Shown piece by piece: positions 49,501-58,494 of a stretch of 64,000 nt of DNA. Position 1 is the first letter of the stretch. Each line of letters begins with the position of its first letter. A model generated the notes under the pieces. The model had not been told where the DNA came from. It searched no databases and was given only the letters and a program-made list of their open reading frames with translations. The position numbers and the translations under genes were made by a program. Source of the stretch: an uncultured Candidatus Saccharibacteria bacterium (lineage in GTDB: Bacteria; Patescibacteriota; UBA1384; UBA12157; JAENIV01); the NCBI GenBank assembly GCA_964433905.1, contig CAYSSM010000001.1, positions 60,246 to 124,245 of the forward strand, in the 5' to 3' direction.

Positions 49501-49906
49501 GAACTCCAAAAGAACGAACTATTTGAGAAACAACAACTCTTTCAATACCATTAATAATAAAAGTCCCACGGTCAGTCATTAAAGGAAAATCGCCTAAAAA
49601 GATATCCGATTCTTTAATTTTACCGGTAACTTTATTGGTTAAACGGACATGACATTTAAGCGATGATTGATAGGTAAGATTCTTGTTGCGGGTAGTATCT
49701 TCATCATAACGCGGAGTCTCCAATGAAGTGCTTAAAAAATCTAATTTCAAAAGCTTGCCGGTAAAGTCTTCTACCGGGTTAATTTCGTCTAATAGCTCGC
49801 GAATCCCCTCTTTGAAGAACCAGTCATAAGACTTGGTTTGAACCTCAATCAGATCAGGAAGGGGAATGGACATTTGTTTAGATTGATTGAATTGGACTCG
49901 AGACAC
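46592..49906 (-). CDS. rpoB: DNA-directed RNA polymerase beta subunit.
   Basis: ..IPLPDLIEVQTKSYDWFFKEGIRELL.. and conserved beta regions. The ORF track starts at GTG 49930. I favour GTG 49906, which lies 7 nt after GAGGAG; ATG 49873 is also possible. Confidence 0.9.
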   Translation of the reverse strand: MSRVQFNQSKQMSIPLPDLIEVQTKSYDWFFKEGIRELLDEINPVEDFTGKLLKLDFLSTSLETPRYDEDTTRNKNLTYQSSLKCHVRLTNKVTGKIKESDIFLGDFPLMTDRGTFIINGIERVVVSQIVRSFGVLFVANEIGDKHFFGAKIIPSRGAWLEFETSQRDVIYVKVDRKRKILISTFLRSLGLNTDQIIKAFEGVNDNADHDYIKATLGRDTAKTYEEALVEVYKRIRPGDLATADTAKTFLEAMFFNPKRYDLGKVGRYKVNRRLGLNVENELKNRILRIEDVVEVIREIIRLNNDPTAEPDDVDHLKNRRVRAVGELVQGKVRVGFLRMERIIKDRMSVLDPDTVTANQLINARPIAAVLQEFYASSQMSQFMNQTNPLAELEHKRCLSATGPGGLSRERAGFEVRDVHSSHYGRICPIETPEGPNIGLVGYMASYAKINEYGFLETPYLVVEEGKNKKPRVTNKLIYLDADAEEKSIIAPASSKFDKDGYFLESRTIVRRLGLPQIERTNKIQYVDVSPKQTVSLSTALIPFVEHDDATRASMGSNMERQAVPLVRPQAPVIGTGMEEAAAKDSGQCLYSKIDGTVTDVSAAEISIQQKNGQKESYRLKKFLRSNQGTCLNQAPAVSVGDKVKNGQIIADSSATEQGELALGKNVLVGFMSFRGANFEDAIIISQKLVRNDVYTSVHIEKYSLEVRDTKLGPELLTRDIPNVGEEALANLDEQGIVRIGAEISAGDILVGKISPKGETELSAEEKLLRAIFGEKAKDVKDTSLRLPHGEYGRVVDIKIFSKESGDELPAGVYQMVEVAVAQLRKIQIGDKLAGRHGNKGVISVVLPEEEMPFLADGTPLDIVLNPLGVISRMNLGQILETHLGWAAQRLNYKVAVPVFEGVEYPTIQAELVKAGLPADGKVQLYDGRTGNPFDQKTTVGIIYMMKLCHMVDDKMHARSTGPYSMVTQQPLGGKAQFGGQRFGEMEVWALEAYGAAHSLQEILTIKSDDVIGRSKAYESIIKGEPIQKPQIPASFYVLVKELQSLGLNVEMLTSAELSRKKVASPVVKDKAMVGSVAADEDVEVTELDVPEPEMKEKPIDEGEE

Positions 49907-50074
49907 TAAAAAACTCCTCAAAAATACCACAGCAACACCTACTGCTTAGAGGCAGAAATTTGCGTTAATAATTATTTGGTCCCACCCTTTTTTATAACTA
50001 TATTTATTACTATCTTATCTTATAATAAGATATTATTTTTGTCAAGCCCTGGGGATTAATTTTTGCCGCTAAAC

Positions 50075-50578
50075 TTAAAATATTTGTTGGCTCCCACAGA
50101 AGGAAGATGTACCAGAATCAAGTAAAATGTTATTTGACTGAGAGGAACTTTTAGGGGTACCGATGATCATTTTGTAAACATTCAAAGCGATTGCGCCAAT
50201 AAAAAGTATTATTATTATCCACAGGGCCAATTTGAATTTTATTCCGACAATATCCCAAAAAACCTTCTTGATAATTAAAAAATCGATCAATAAAATAGCT
50301 AATAAAACCAATAAATCCAAGTAGTAAATATAGGTTATAAAAACATTCATTACGGTATAGATAATAATCGAGATTGAAAATATGGCGATTATTTTGGTAG
50401 TATCGTCAAACGCCTTGCCTCTTTTTATTTTATTGACAATGATTCTCACGATCAAATACAGAGCCAAAAAAATATTTATAAAAATAATTAAACTTATAAC
50501 TCCCCGAGCTAAACTTGCGAATATTGGCGTCGGAGCAAGACAAGTCATATAGTTAGTAAAATTTTGTTTAAATTTCAA
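50075..50578 (-). CDS. Hypothetical polytopic membrane protein.
   Basis: 167-aa hydrophobic ORF in the accessory block upstream of rpoB. Confidence 0.4.
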   Translation of the reverse strand: MKFKQNFTNYMTCLAPTPIFASLARGVISLIIFINIFLALYLIVRIIVNKIKRGKAFDDTTKIIAIFSISIIIYTVMNVFITYIYYLDLLVLLAILLIDFLIIKKVFWDIVGIKFKLALWIIIILFIGAIALNVYKMIIGTPKSSSQSNNILLDSGTSSFCGSQQIF

Positions 50579-50616
50579 AATTGTCCTTTGAGAATCGTTT
50601 TCAATTATGTGCTAAT

Positions 50617-51009
50617 TTATTGTAAATTTTGATCGTCAATCACCTCTTCCTCCTGCGGTTGAGCCACATCAGCACCAACTTCAATCAGAGCGGCTTCATC
50701 GCCAGCCATTCGCTTAACGCTTAGTTCGGCAACCTCGGATGTTTTGAAAGATTCGGCAGTTTGAGGCGAAACGATAACATTAATAGTATGTGGCGGTTGA
50801 TTGGCGCGAAAACCATCAAAAAGAAAAGGAGAACAGGCATACAGGCTGACATGGGGGATATAAACACCCTCAGGAACCGGGTGAGACTGGGCTAACGACT
50901 CTTGCGTTACTTTCATCTGAGCAAAACCAACTTTTTGTTCTTTGTTTTCGCTTGTTTCCGGTGGAATTTCTGTAGGAATAGGTTCTCGGCCGATACCAAA
51001 AATACTCAT
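50617..51009 (-). CDS. Hypothetical protein (130 aa, acidic C-terminus).
   Basis: No recognisable motif. GC content looks slightly above the local background. Confidence 0.45.
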   Translation of the reverse strand: MSIFGIGREPIPTEIPPETSENKEQKVGFAQMKVTQESLAQSHPVPEGVYIPHVSLYACSPFLFDGFRANQPPHTINVIVSPQTAESFKTSEVAELSVKRMAGDEAALIEVGADVAQPQEEEVIDDQNLQ

Positions 51010-51209
51010 AACTTCTCCTTTTTGTAAATTAACTAATAATAATTAATTGTAAAACACTGCTTAATTAAATATTAACTCAAACTGAAATATAAATCAAAGT
51101 AGCTAATTCTGTCTAAAAGTAATAATATTTAAATGTAGAATAGATAATTTCAGAAAGGAGGTGAGCAGTTTTTTTCATACCTGAAGTATTAATTAGTAAG
51201 GAGCAAAAA

Positions 51210-51452
51210 ATGAAACAATCAATTGCATTATTAACTATCTTTTTGAGTTTAATCGTATTTTCCAATGTTACCAATGTCGCCAGAAATCAAAAACAAACCT
51301 TAGTTACTCCGTCGCCAGTAGTCAACAAAAGTGATATCAAGGATGCAGAAGTCAACCGCTACAACAACAAGTACCAAATCCAAGTTAATTATGATGTTAA
51401 TTCAATTACTGAAAAATTAAACTGGATAACTCAAAACGAATTAGCCAAATAA
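51210..51452 (+). CDS. Small secreted protein (signal peptide plus a ~55-aa mature part).
   Basis: Strong SD TAAGGAGCAAAAAATG and signal peptide MKQSIALLTIFLSLIVFSNV. Confidence 0.5.
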   Translation: MKQSIALLTIFLSLIVFSNVTNVARNQKQTLVTPSPVVNKSDIKDAEVNRYNNKYQIQVNYDVNSITEKLNWITQNELAK

Positions 51453-51545
51453 ACTACCTCGCAGCAAGCTGACGAGGTATCCCTGAAGGGAAAGTTTGTT
51501 TTTAACAGGTTTTCATCCTCGTAGCAAGCTACGAGGTATTCAACC
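51451..51545 (+). repeat. Hairpin repeat family, copy A (full length, two hairpins).
   Basis: AAACTACCTCGCAGCAAGCTGACGAGGTATCCCTGAAGGGAAAGTTTGTTTTTAACAGGTTTTCATCCTCGTAGCAAGCTACGAGGTATTC begins within the stop codon of the small ORF. Confidence 0.7.
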
Positions 51546-51606
51546 TCTGAAAATAAGCCACACTGCGATAAAACCTCAATGTATTGCCTAAGATGAAAAG
51601 TGTATT

Positions 51607-51637
51607 TTTATACAAAACCCCGCAAAAATATGCGAGG
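51607..51637 (-). terminator. Rho-independent terminator for the 181-aa gene: CCUCGCA-UAUUUU-UGCGGGG followed by a U-run.
   Basis: On the minus strand the sense reads CCTCGCATATTTTTGCGGGGTTTTGTATAAA, immediately after the stop at 51638. Confidence 0.55.
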
Positions 51638-52183
51638 TTAGTTGTTGGTTAAAAGTTTTCTTAAACGCAAAGTGTTTGCCACATCGCTATCACTTGCATT
51701 TAGACTTGATAAAAATTCGTCAAACTCAGGATTATTAAAAAATAAATTATCACATTTAAGGCTACAAATTACCGAATATTGCCTGAATAACAATTTACCT
51801 ATCGGCCGACTCAGTTCTGCCGGAGTGGGAGAAAGTATCATAAAATAAAATTTTTGTTTTTCTCTTGCAAGTATTTGAAAATCGTTTAATTTATTTTTAT
51901 CAAGATCGTCAGACTGCCCTTTGAAAATTACTATATCTCCAGAATCATAACAAAATGCAGCTGCTTGGATGATACTTTTTTTGCCAACAGCTGGATTTGC
52001 AATATTTACTACCACATGATCAGGTAAAATCGTAATCGGCCCTTTAGTATTAGGCAGCAATTCATCAAGCGTTAAAAATATGCCAAAAGGATAATATAAA
52101 CACAGAACAGGAAATATTTCAGATCCATCAGCCTTAAGACCGATAGATGCCACTGAAGCTGTTAGCACACTGGCTACTGGCAT
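51638..52183 (-). CDS. Hypothetical protein (181 aa).
   Basis: The true start is AAGGAGGAAATT-ATG at 52183. The 105-aa N-terminal extension in the ORF track (to 52498) runs through a terminator and into the neighbouring GC-rich gene, so it is spurious. Confidence 0.55.
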   Translation of the reverse strand: MPVASVLTASVASIGLKADGSEIFPVLCLYYPFGIFLTLDELLPNTKGPITILPDHVVVNIANPAVGKKSIIQAAAFCYDSGDIVIFKGQSDDLDKNKLNDFQILAREKQKFYFMILSPTPAELSRPIGKLLFRQYSVICSLKCDNLFFNNPEFDEFLSSLNASDSDVANTLRLRKLLTNN

Positions 52184-52268
52184 AATTTCCTCCTTGTCAA
52201 AGTACAATTCATTCTTAATTACAACATTATAACTAATATTATTATTTCGCAAGATAATCTTTTTAGAT

Positions 52269-52304
52269 AAAAAAAATGCGCCCGGGACAAAATGTCCCGG
52301 GCGC
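52269..52304 (-). terminator. Strong GC-rich rho-independent terminator: GCGCCCGGGAC-loop-GTCCCGGGCGC (11 bp) followed by an 8-U run.
   Basis: Plus strand: AAAAAAAATGCGCCCGGGACAAAATGTCCCGGGCGC. It lies 28 nt after the stop of the SdrD-like gene. Confidence 0.8.
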
Positions 52305-52331
52305 TTAAAGTTCGTCACCGTCTTGCGGTCA

Positions 52332-54110
52332 CTACGGGTAAATGACCGTTCCCGGATCAGGCAAGATGAACGGAACAGCGTCGTTATTGTTGAGTAAGTC
52401 GAGCTGACCCGCCATCGCCGTTCGTTGGGAATCGCTCCCACTCTGCCAGACCTGAATTGCCTGGGTAACCAACGTCTGCGTTGACACCCAAGAACCATTC
52501 AACCAGATCGCAGCTCCTACACCACCCAGCCGATGCCGACAGTTCATAATGAAAGCATCGAGCTGTTGAGCCAGTTGTTCACGCGGATCGCCGCCGGCGT
52601 TGGAATCAACAAGGAAATGGCTTTGCTCGGCCAAGGCCGAACCGGCAGGAGCGATGGTCTCTCCCCAGTCGCCGTTGGCAGCAGCAACGGGGGTTCCGTT
52701 AGCAAAAAAACCGTCAATCGGCTCGTCGCCGGCGCCAAAGTAACTGGACGGCGCTTGCCACGGAGCCAGACTGTTAAGGTATGCAATGTCAGACGGAGTA
52801 GTTTCACCCAACCCGTTCTTGTTATGCCAATACCCCTTGGTATCAAAATCAGCCTGGCCTTGGCGAATGTTGCCGAACTCCACTCGAGCCGAATCACCTG
52901 AAGCCAGTTGAATCTGCCTTGTCATGGGAGTAGTGTTCACCCACCCACCAGAAAGAGGCATCCGTTCGGTGATATCGTACAAACCCGGCATGATCCAGAA
53001 GGTGTCACAACCGTTAGACTTGGTTATGGAAACGCTGTCCCATACCCACCCTGCCACGGTTGTGCCATGCTCGTAGATCCACCAGCCGGGAATACCAGGC
53101 TCGCCTGCGTCCCAGATACCGTCGCCATCGAGGTCGTAGAACTTACAGACCGTTAGACGGGCCAACTGGATGTTGCCGAAGATAACTTCATGAGTTTCCC
53201 GGGAAGTCCCGGCAACCAAGAAATAGGCCGCAGGATAGTCGCGGATGCGGACGCCGTCGAGGTAGGTGCAGGTGTACATCCACCCTTCGCGCTGTTCCTC
53301 AACGAAGTTCCAAAATCCAGCCGGTTCAGTGGTGATCTGGATGGGCGTATAGTAAGTGTTGGTAACACCGAGGGGATCGATTGCATCAACCCGCCAACCA
53401 GTGATTTCCAACTCGCCTGCATCCCAGATACCGTTACCGTTAGCATCGTTGAACTTCTTAACAGTCACGACCGGCGGCGTATATGGAGGACCATTACGAC
53501 GCACCTTAAAGTTGTCGGTCTTGCTGTCCGGTGGCCTGAAACCGTGATAATTCCCCGGGCTGTAGCCGTTGTCAACGAGGTTGGGATCGCCGATGAAGTT
53601 TTCGCACGGAGTTATCCATACCTTGTAGACACCACCCTTATTGGGTGTGTCAAGGTAGGGCATCAACTGAACAGTGATCGCGCCCAGTTCAGGGTGATCG
53701 ATATCGATGCCCGTCTTGTGAGTGCAGTCGACTTCCACCCAGACACCCCTGACCTTCGTCAGCTTGGTGCACGGGTAGACATAGTCGATGACCCCAAGAG
53801 CACTGACGTGGACCTTGCGGCACTTAACCGCGTCTGTCGAGAGAAGAACCTTCCCTGACGGGTCAGTGACCTGAAAGTAGTAATCGCCCTCGTTAAGCCC
53901 CGCCGCGCCCGCAGGCGCGTTGGACCCAGGCCCGCCATCGAGATAGACATCCTCTTTGGCCGCGAAGATGTTAGCGTTGACTCGCGAACCGTCAGCCGTG
54001 GTCGTAAAAATCGCCCCCGGCATCGGCCCGGCCAAAGCCTGAGTGCTGGCCAGTGCCAACACCCCCAAAGTAGCCAGCACAACCATAATCAGCACAACCC
54101 TTCGTCCCAT
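52332..54110 (-). CDS. Secreted protein with two SdrD-B-like (Cna-B type, Ca-binding) repeat domains; GC-rich, probably of foreign origin.
   Basis: Signal peptide MGRRVVLIMVVLATLGVLALASTQALAGP. FNDANGNGIWDAGELEITGW and FYDLDGDGIWDAGEPGIPGW match the D.NGNG..D.GE.G..G motif. Codon usage is strikingly G/C-rich versus the flanking genes. Confidence 0.75.
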   Translation of the reverse strand: MGRRVVLIMVVLATLGVLALASTQALAGPMPGAIFTTTADGSRVNANIFAAKEDVYLDGGPGSNAPAGAAGLNEGDYYFQVTDPSGKVLLSTDAVKCRKVHVSALGVIDYVYPCTKLTKVRGVWVEVDCTHKTGIDIDHPELGAITVQLMPYLDTPNKGGVYKVWITPCENFIGDPNLVDNGYSPGNYHGFRPPDSKTDNFKVRRNGPPYTPPVVTVKKFNDANGNGIWDAGELEITGWRVDAIDPLGVTNTYYTPIQITTEPAGFWNFVEEQREGWMYTCTYLDGVRIRDYPAAYFLVAGTSRETHEVIFGNIQLARLTVCKFYDLDGDGIWDAGEPGIPGWWIYEHGTTVAGWVWDSVSITKSNGCDTFWIMPGLYDITERMPLSGGWVNTTPMTRQIQLASGDSARVEFGNIRQGQADFDTKGYWHNKNGLGETTPSDIAYLNSLAPWQAPSSYFGAGDEPIDGFFANGTPVAAANGDWGETIAPAGSALAEQSHFLVDSNAGGDPREQLAQQLDAFIMNCRHRLGGVGAAIWLNGSWVSTQTLVTQAIQVWQSGSDSQRTAMAGQLDLLNNNDAVPFILPDPGTVIYP

Positions 54111-54222
54111 ACCTTAGCCTCCCCAGTATTTGCCCTTGCGGGCTAGTAGTCGAACTCCGTCTTTAAAAAGCCAGAGCCGCCTGCAGACCCGCAAGGTATT
54201 TTTCAAAGATCAAATTAGAACT

Positions 54223-54251
54223 AATATAGCACATTTAACCATAAAAGTCAA
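54223..54251 (-). promoter_or_regulatory. Near-consensus sigma70 promoter TTGACT-N17-TATATT for the SdrD-like gene, followed by a ~105-nt GC-rich structured 5'UTR.
   Basis: Minus-strand sense: TTGACTTTTATGGTTAAATGTGCTATATT. The UTR has the inverted repeat TTGCGGG...CCCGCAA and the SD GGGGAGGCTAAGGT-ATG. Confidence 0.55.
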
Positions 54252-54307
54252 TATTTTGTACATGTACTGCATATGTGAGCGTAAAAAGCTAAACTAAAAT
54301 TACAATA

Positions 54308-55276
<969 letters not shown>

Positions 55277-55318
55277 TTACTATATCATACTTTTATTAAT
55301 TTACAAACCACTCATTGA

Positions 55319-56311
55319 TTACAAATAATCCAATGGGTTGAGTACTCGACCATTTTTAGTGATTTTGAAATGAACATGCACACCTGTCGACCAGCCGGTA
55401 TTGCCCATAACACCGATAACCTGACCTTGATTGACCCATTGGCCGGCAGAAACTGCAAAAGTTGACATATGCCCATAAAGCGTTTGCCAGCCGTCGCCGT
55501 GATCAATCACGATAAAATTGCCGTAACCACCACCCCAACCACGGGTGGCGCGGACAACTCTTCCTGAGGCTGAAGCAAAAAGGGTTGTTCCCGAACGCGA
55601 AGTTAAATCAACTCCATCATGAAAAGCCTCAAATGAAGTTCGACCAAACCCTTGAGACATATCCCAACCGGATGTAGGTCGCCTGAAAGTCCCCGAAAAA
55701 GGAATTTTAGTTGAGGCTCCGGCAACTTTTTTCTTCTGTAAATTTTGTAACTGGGTCGGCGCCAAATCCTGCGGTGGAATTTTTAATTGCTGACCGGGCT
55801 TAATCATATCTGACGACAAGCTGTTTGCAGTCTTAATAGTCGAAACTTTCAATCCATATTTCCAAGCAATGCTGGCGATGGTATCGCCGCCTTCAACCGT
55901 ATAAACGATTGTTTTTGTCCTTTTTTCATCTTTTTTCGATTCTTCAGTTACTTGAGTCGTGGTAAGTTCCGGCTTTGAAAGAAAATCTTGATCTTCCATC
56001 GCCAGAGCTACCGATAAAGGATCTTCCTCAATTTTAGTGGTAAAAGGTCCAACTTGAGAAACTACATCGGCAACTTCCGCCGGCGAAAGATCCATAATTT
56101 CTTCCGAAGGCTGAAAGTAATAAGAATTTTCTTGGGCTTTTGCCACATCAGCCACCACCGTAAAAAAAGCTATTATCATTATTGATAAATAGGGTAAAAT
56201 CCTTTTTTGATTAAAATCAATTAATCCCTCCGGTATGCGGTTGCGGATACGTTTTGACAGGATATCTTTTCTGAGGACAATTCTCTCTAAGATTTTTTTA
56301 AAAATATTCAT
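55319..56311 (-). CDS. Peptidase M23 (LytM) with a LysM domain and an N-terminal TM.
   Basis: LysM YTVEGGDTIASIAWKYGL..GQQLKIP and the M23 motifs HDGVDL / GNTGWSTGVHVHFKI. Confidence 0.8.
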   Translation of the reverse strand: MNIFKKILERIVLRKDILSKRIRNRIPEGLIDFNQKRILPYLSIMIIAFFTVVADVAKAQENSYYFQPSEEIMDLSPAEVADVVSQVGPFTTKIEEDPLSVALAMEDQDFLSKPELTTTQVTEESKKDEKRTKTIVYTVEGGDTIASIAWKYGLKVSTIKTANSLSSDMIKPGQQLKIPPQDLAPTQLQNLQKKKVAGASTKIPFSGTFRRPTSGWDMSQGFGRTSFEAFHDGVDLTSRSGTTLFASASGRVVRATRGWGGGYGNFIVIDHGDGWQTLYGHMSTFAVSAGQWVNQGQVIGVMGNTGWSTGVHVHFKITKNGRVLNPLDYL

Positions 56312-56370
56312 ATGTATAAGGGAAAGCCTACAATATCCAGTTTAACTTAACACGCAAGAATGTCAAATAT

Positions 56371-56430
56371 AAACTACTCTGCGGCTTGCCGCAGAGTATC
56401 CTGCGGAAAGTTTGTTTCCAAACAGGTTGA
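56371..56430 (+). repeat. Hairpin repeat family, copy B (short; lacks the second hairpin).
   Basis: AAACTACTCTGCGGCTTGCCGCAGAGTATCCTGCGGAAAGTTTGTTTCCAAACAGGTTG lies directly downstream of the infB stop. Confidence 0.65.
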
Positions 56431-56440
56431 AAATAAAAAC

Positions 56441-58369
56441 TTATTCCCCCAATTTTCGAGTTCGTTCTTCTTTTTTATAACATTCCAATGAGTCCCCCAC
56501 TAAAATTTTGGTTGGAGATTCTACTTTAAGACCGCATTCAAAACCCTCCGCCACTTCGGAAGTGTCTTTTTTATTTTGTTGTAAAGAGGTAATCTCGCCC
56601 ATACCAATAGTATCTTTATCACGAACAATCCTGACTTGGCAATGATCTTCTAATTTTCCTTTTGTTACCCTTCCACCAATAATTTTTTCATTTTTAGATG
56701 TCTTAAAAACAGCTAAGATTGATAGCCGACCGATTTCAGTTTCAATGATTTCCGGCTCAAGTAATCCTGATAGAGCGGCGGTTAAATCATCCAATAATTG
56801 GTAAATAATATCGTAGATAGAAATTTTAATATTTTCGCGGCGAGCCAAATTCATAACATCGGTTGACGCTTTAACGCGAAAGCCAATCACCAAAGCATGG
56901 GAGGCAACCGCCATATTGATATCTGACTCGGAAATATCTCCAACTCCCTCGTGAATAATTTTTATTTTAACTTCTTTATCTTCCAAATTCTTAAGTGAAC
57001 TCTTAATCGCTTCAAGCGAGCCGGCAACATCAGACTTAAGGACAATTTTGAGTTCTTTTATTTTTCCCGCTTTGATATCTTGCGAAAGTTCGGTGATGGA
57101 AATAACTCTGCGTTTAATTGTTTTTGTTTTAGTTAATTCTTTGGCAGTCTTTTCATTTTCAACAACCAAGAATCTGTTGCCAAAATCCGGTAGGTCCTGC
57201 AAACCGGCGATTCTAACCGGAACCGAAGGAGCAGCTTCTTTTATTTTCTTGCCCAAATAATTTTCCATAATCCTAACTTTGCCATAAGTATCACCGATAA
57301 CAATAGGGTCACCGATTTTTAGAGTTCCCTCTTGAACTAAAACCGTAGCAATGGGACCCATACCAGATTGCATATGCGACTCAATCACCACGCCAGTTGC
57401 AGAAAGCGTTGGATCAGCTTTAAGCTCTTTAAGGTCGGCAACCAGTAAAATCATTTCCAACAAACTATCGATATTTTTTGTTTCCTTGGCTGAAACATTG
57501 ATCATAGGCACATCACCGCCCCACTGCTCCGACAAAAGACCGTTGTCGGCTAATTGTCTCTTGGTTTTATCAATATCGGCATCGGGCAAGTCAACTTTAT
57601 TAATAGCCACGACAATTGGCACACCCGCTTCCTTGGCATGGTTTATAGCCTCAATCGTTTGCGGTTTTACGCCATCGTTTGCCGCTACCACCAAAACAAC
57701 CACATCGGTAATATTAGCCCCGTGAGCTCGCATGGCCGAAAAGGCCTCGTGTCCGGGAGTGTCCAAAAAAGTGATTTTGCGTGATTTAGACGCAAAATCA
57801 TCCTGAGTTTTACGAAGGATCTCTCGATTAGATTTGCTTCCTTGAGATGATGTTTCGTCTTTTGGACGAATTGTGACTTGATAAGCGCCGATATGCTGAG
57901 TGATGCCGCCTGCTTCGGTGGCAATAACATCCGTGTGGCGGATGGCGTCAAGCAATTTGGTTTTACCATGGTCAACATGGCCCATAACCGTAACTACCGG
58001 AGATCGCAGTTTTAGATTCTTTTTAACTTGTTTTAGAGATGCAACTATTTTCTCTTCTTCCTTCAACTTTACCTCAACGGCAAACTCATCAGCAATAATA
58101 GCCATTGTGTCAAAATCAATGAGTTCATTAATCGTCGCCATGACACCGTTTTTGACAAGTTTGGAAATTATTTCCGTAACGGACAAATTCAAAATATCCG
58201 CAAATTCCCGCACCGTTAAAACAGGCGAAATTAAAACAATTCTTTTTTCGGTTTTTTCTTTTTCGACTTTTGCCTCTTTAACCGCTTTGTTTTCTTCCAC
58301 TTGCGTTAAGCGCTTGCCTTCGGCTTTAGCTTCTTTTTTGCTTAATTTTCTTTGCTTTCTTTTTGCCAT
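56441..58369 (-). CDS. infB: Translation initiation factor IF-2.
   Basis: G domain [20 protein letters not shown]; 642 aa. Confidence 0.95.
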   Translation of the reverse strand: MAKRKQRKLSKKEAKAEGKRLTQVEENKAVKEAKVEKEKTEKRIVLISPVLTVREFADILNLSVTEIISKLVKNGVMATINELIDFDTMAIIADEFAVEVKLKEEEKIVASLKQVKKNLKLRSPVVTVMGHVDHGKTKLLDAIRHTDVIATEAGGITQHIGAYQVTIRPKDETSSQGSKSNREILRKTQDDFASKSRKITFLDTPGHEAFSAMRAHGANITDVVVLVVAANDGVKPQTIEAINHAKEAGVPIVVAINKVDLPDADIDKTKRQLADNGLLSEQWGGDVPMINVSAKETKNIDSLLEMILLVADLKELKADPTLSATGVVIESHMQSGMGPIATVLVQEGTLKIGDPIVIGDTYGKVRIMENYLGKKIKEAAPSVPVRIAGLQDLPDFGNRFLVVENEKTAKELTKTKTIKRRVISITELSQDIKAGKIKELKIVLKSDVAGSLEAIKSSLKNLEDKEVKIKIIHEGVGDISESDINMAVASHALVIGFRVKASTDVMNLARRENIKISIYDIIYQLLDDLTAALSGLLEPEIIETEIGRLSILAVFKTSKNEKIIGGRVTKGKLEDHCQVRIVRDKDTIGMGEITSLQQNKKDTSEVAEGFECGLKVESPTKILVGDSLECYKKEERTRKLGE

Positions 58370-58415
58370 TGTAAATTGATTTTATCACTTTCAGGAGTAA
58401 AAGGCAAGGTTAAGC

Positions 58416-58444
58416 TTGACTTTTGAGTAATTTTATGGTATAAT
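58416..58444 (+). promoter_or_regulatory. Consensus sigma70 promoter TTGACT-N17-TATAAT.
   Basis: TTGACTTTTGAGTAATTTTATGGTATAAT lies about 50 nt upstream of the TTG-start ORF, with the SD AAAGGAGA. Confidence 0.65.
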
Positions 58445-58494
58445 GCGAATTAGAATGCTGTGGAATATGCCAATCTCACCGAAAGGAGACCAAG

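Noticed and set aside
51130-51185. Strong SD-like AGAAAGGAGGTGAGCAG upstream of the small secreted ORF.
   Set aside because: No start codon follows at suitable spacing. The functional RBS is the later TAAGGAGCAAAAA-ATG.
51638-52498. ORF-track 286-aa ORF on the minus strand.
   Set aside because: Its first ~105 codons read through the rho-independent terminator at 52269-52304 and into the 3' end of the GC-rich gene in another frame. The real gene starts at the SD-preceded ATG at 52183 (181 aa).
53190-53858. 222-aa plus-strand ORF and several other 60-120-aa ORFs on both strands between 52533 and 54082.
   Set aside because: They are antisense or alternate-frame shadows inside the GC-rich SdrD-like gene, where high GC suppresses stop codons. 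None has a start context or recognisable motif.
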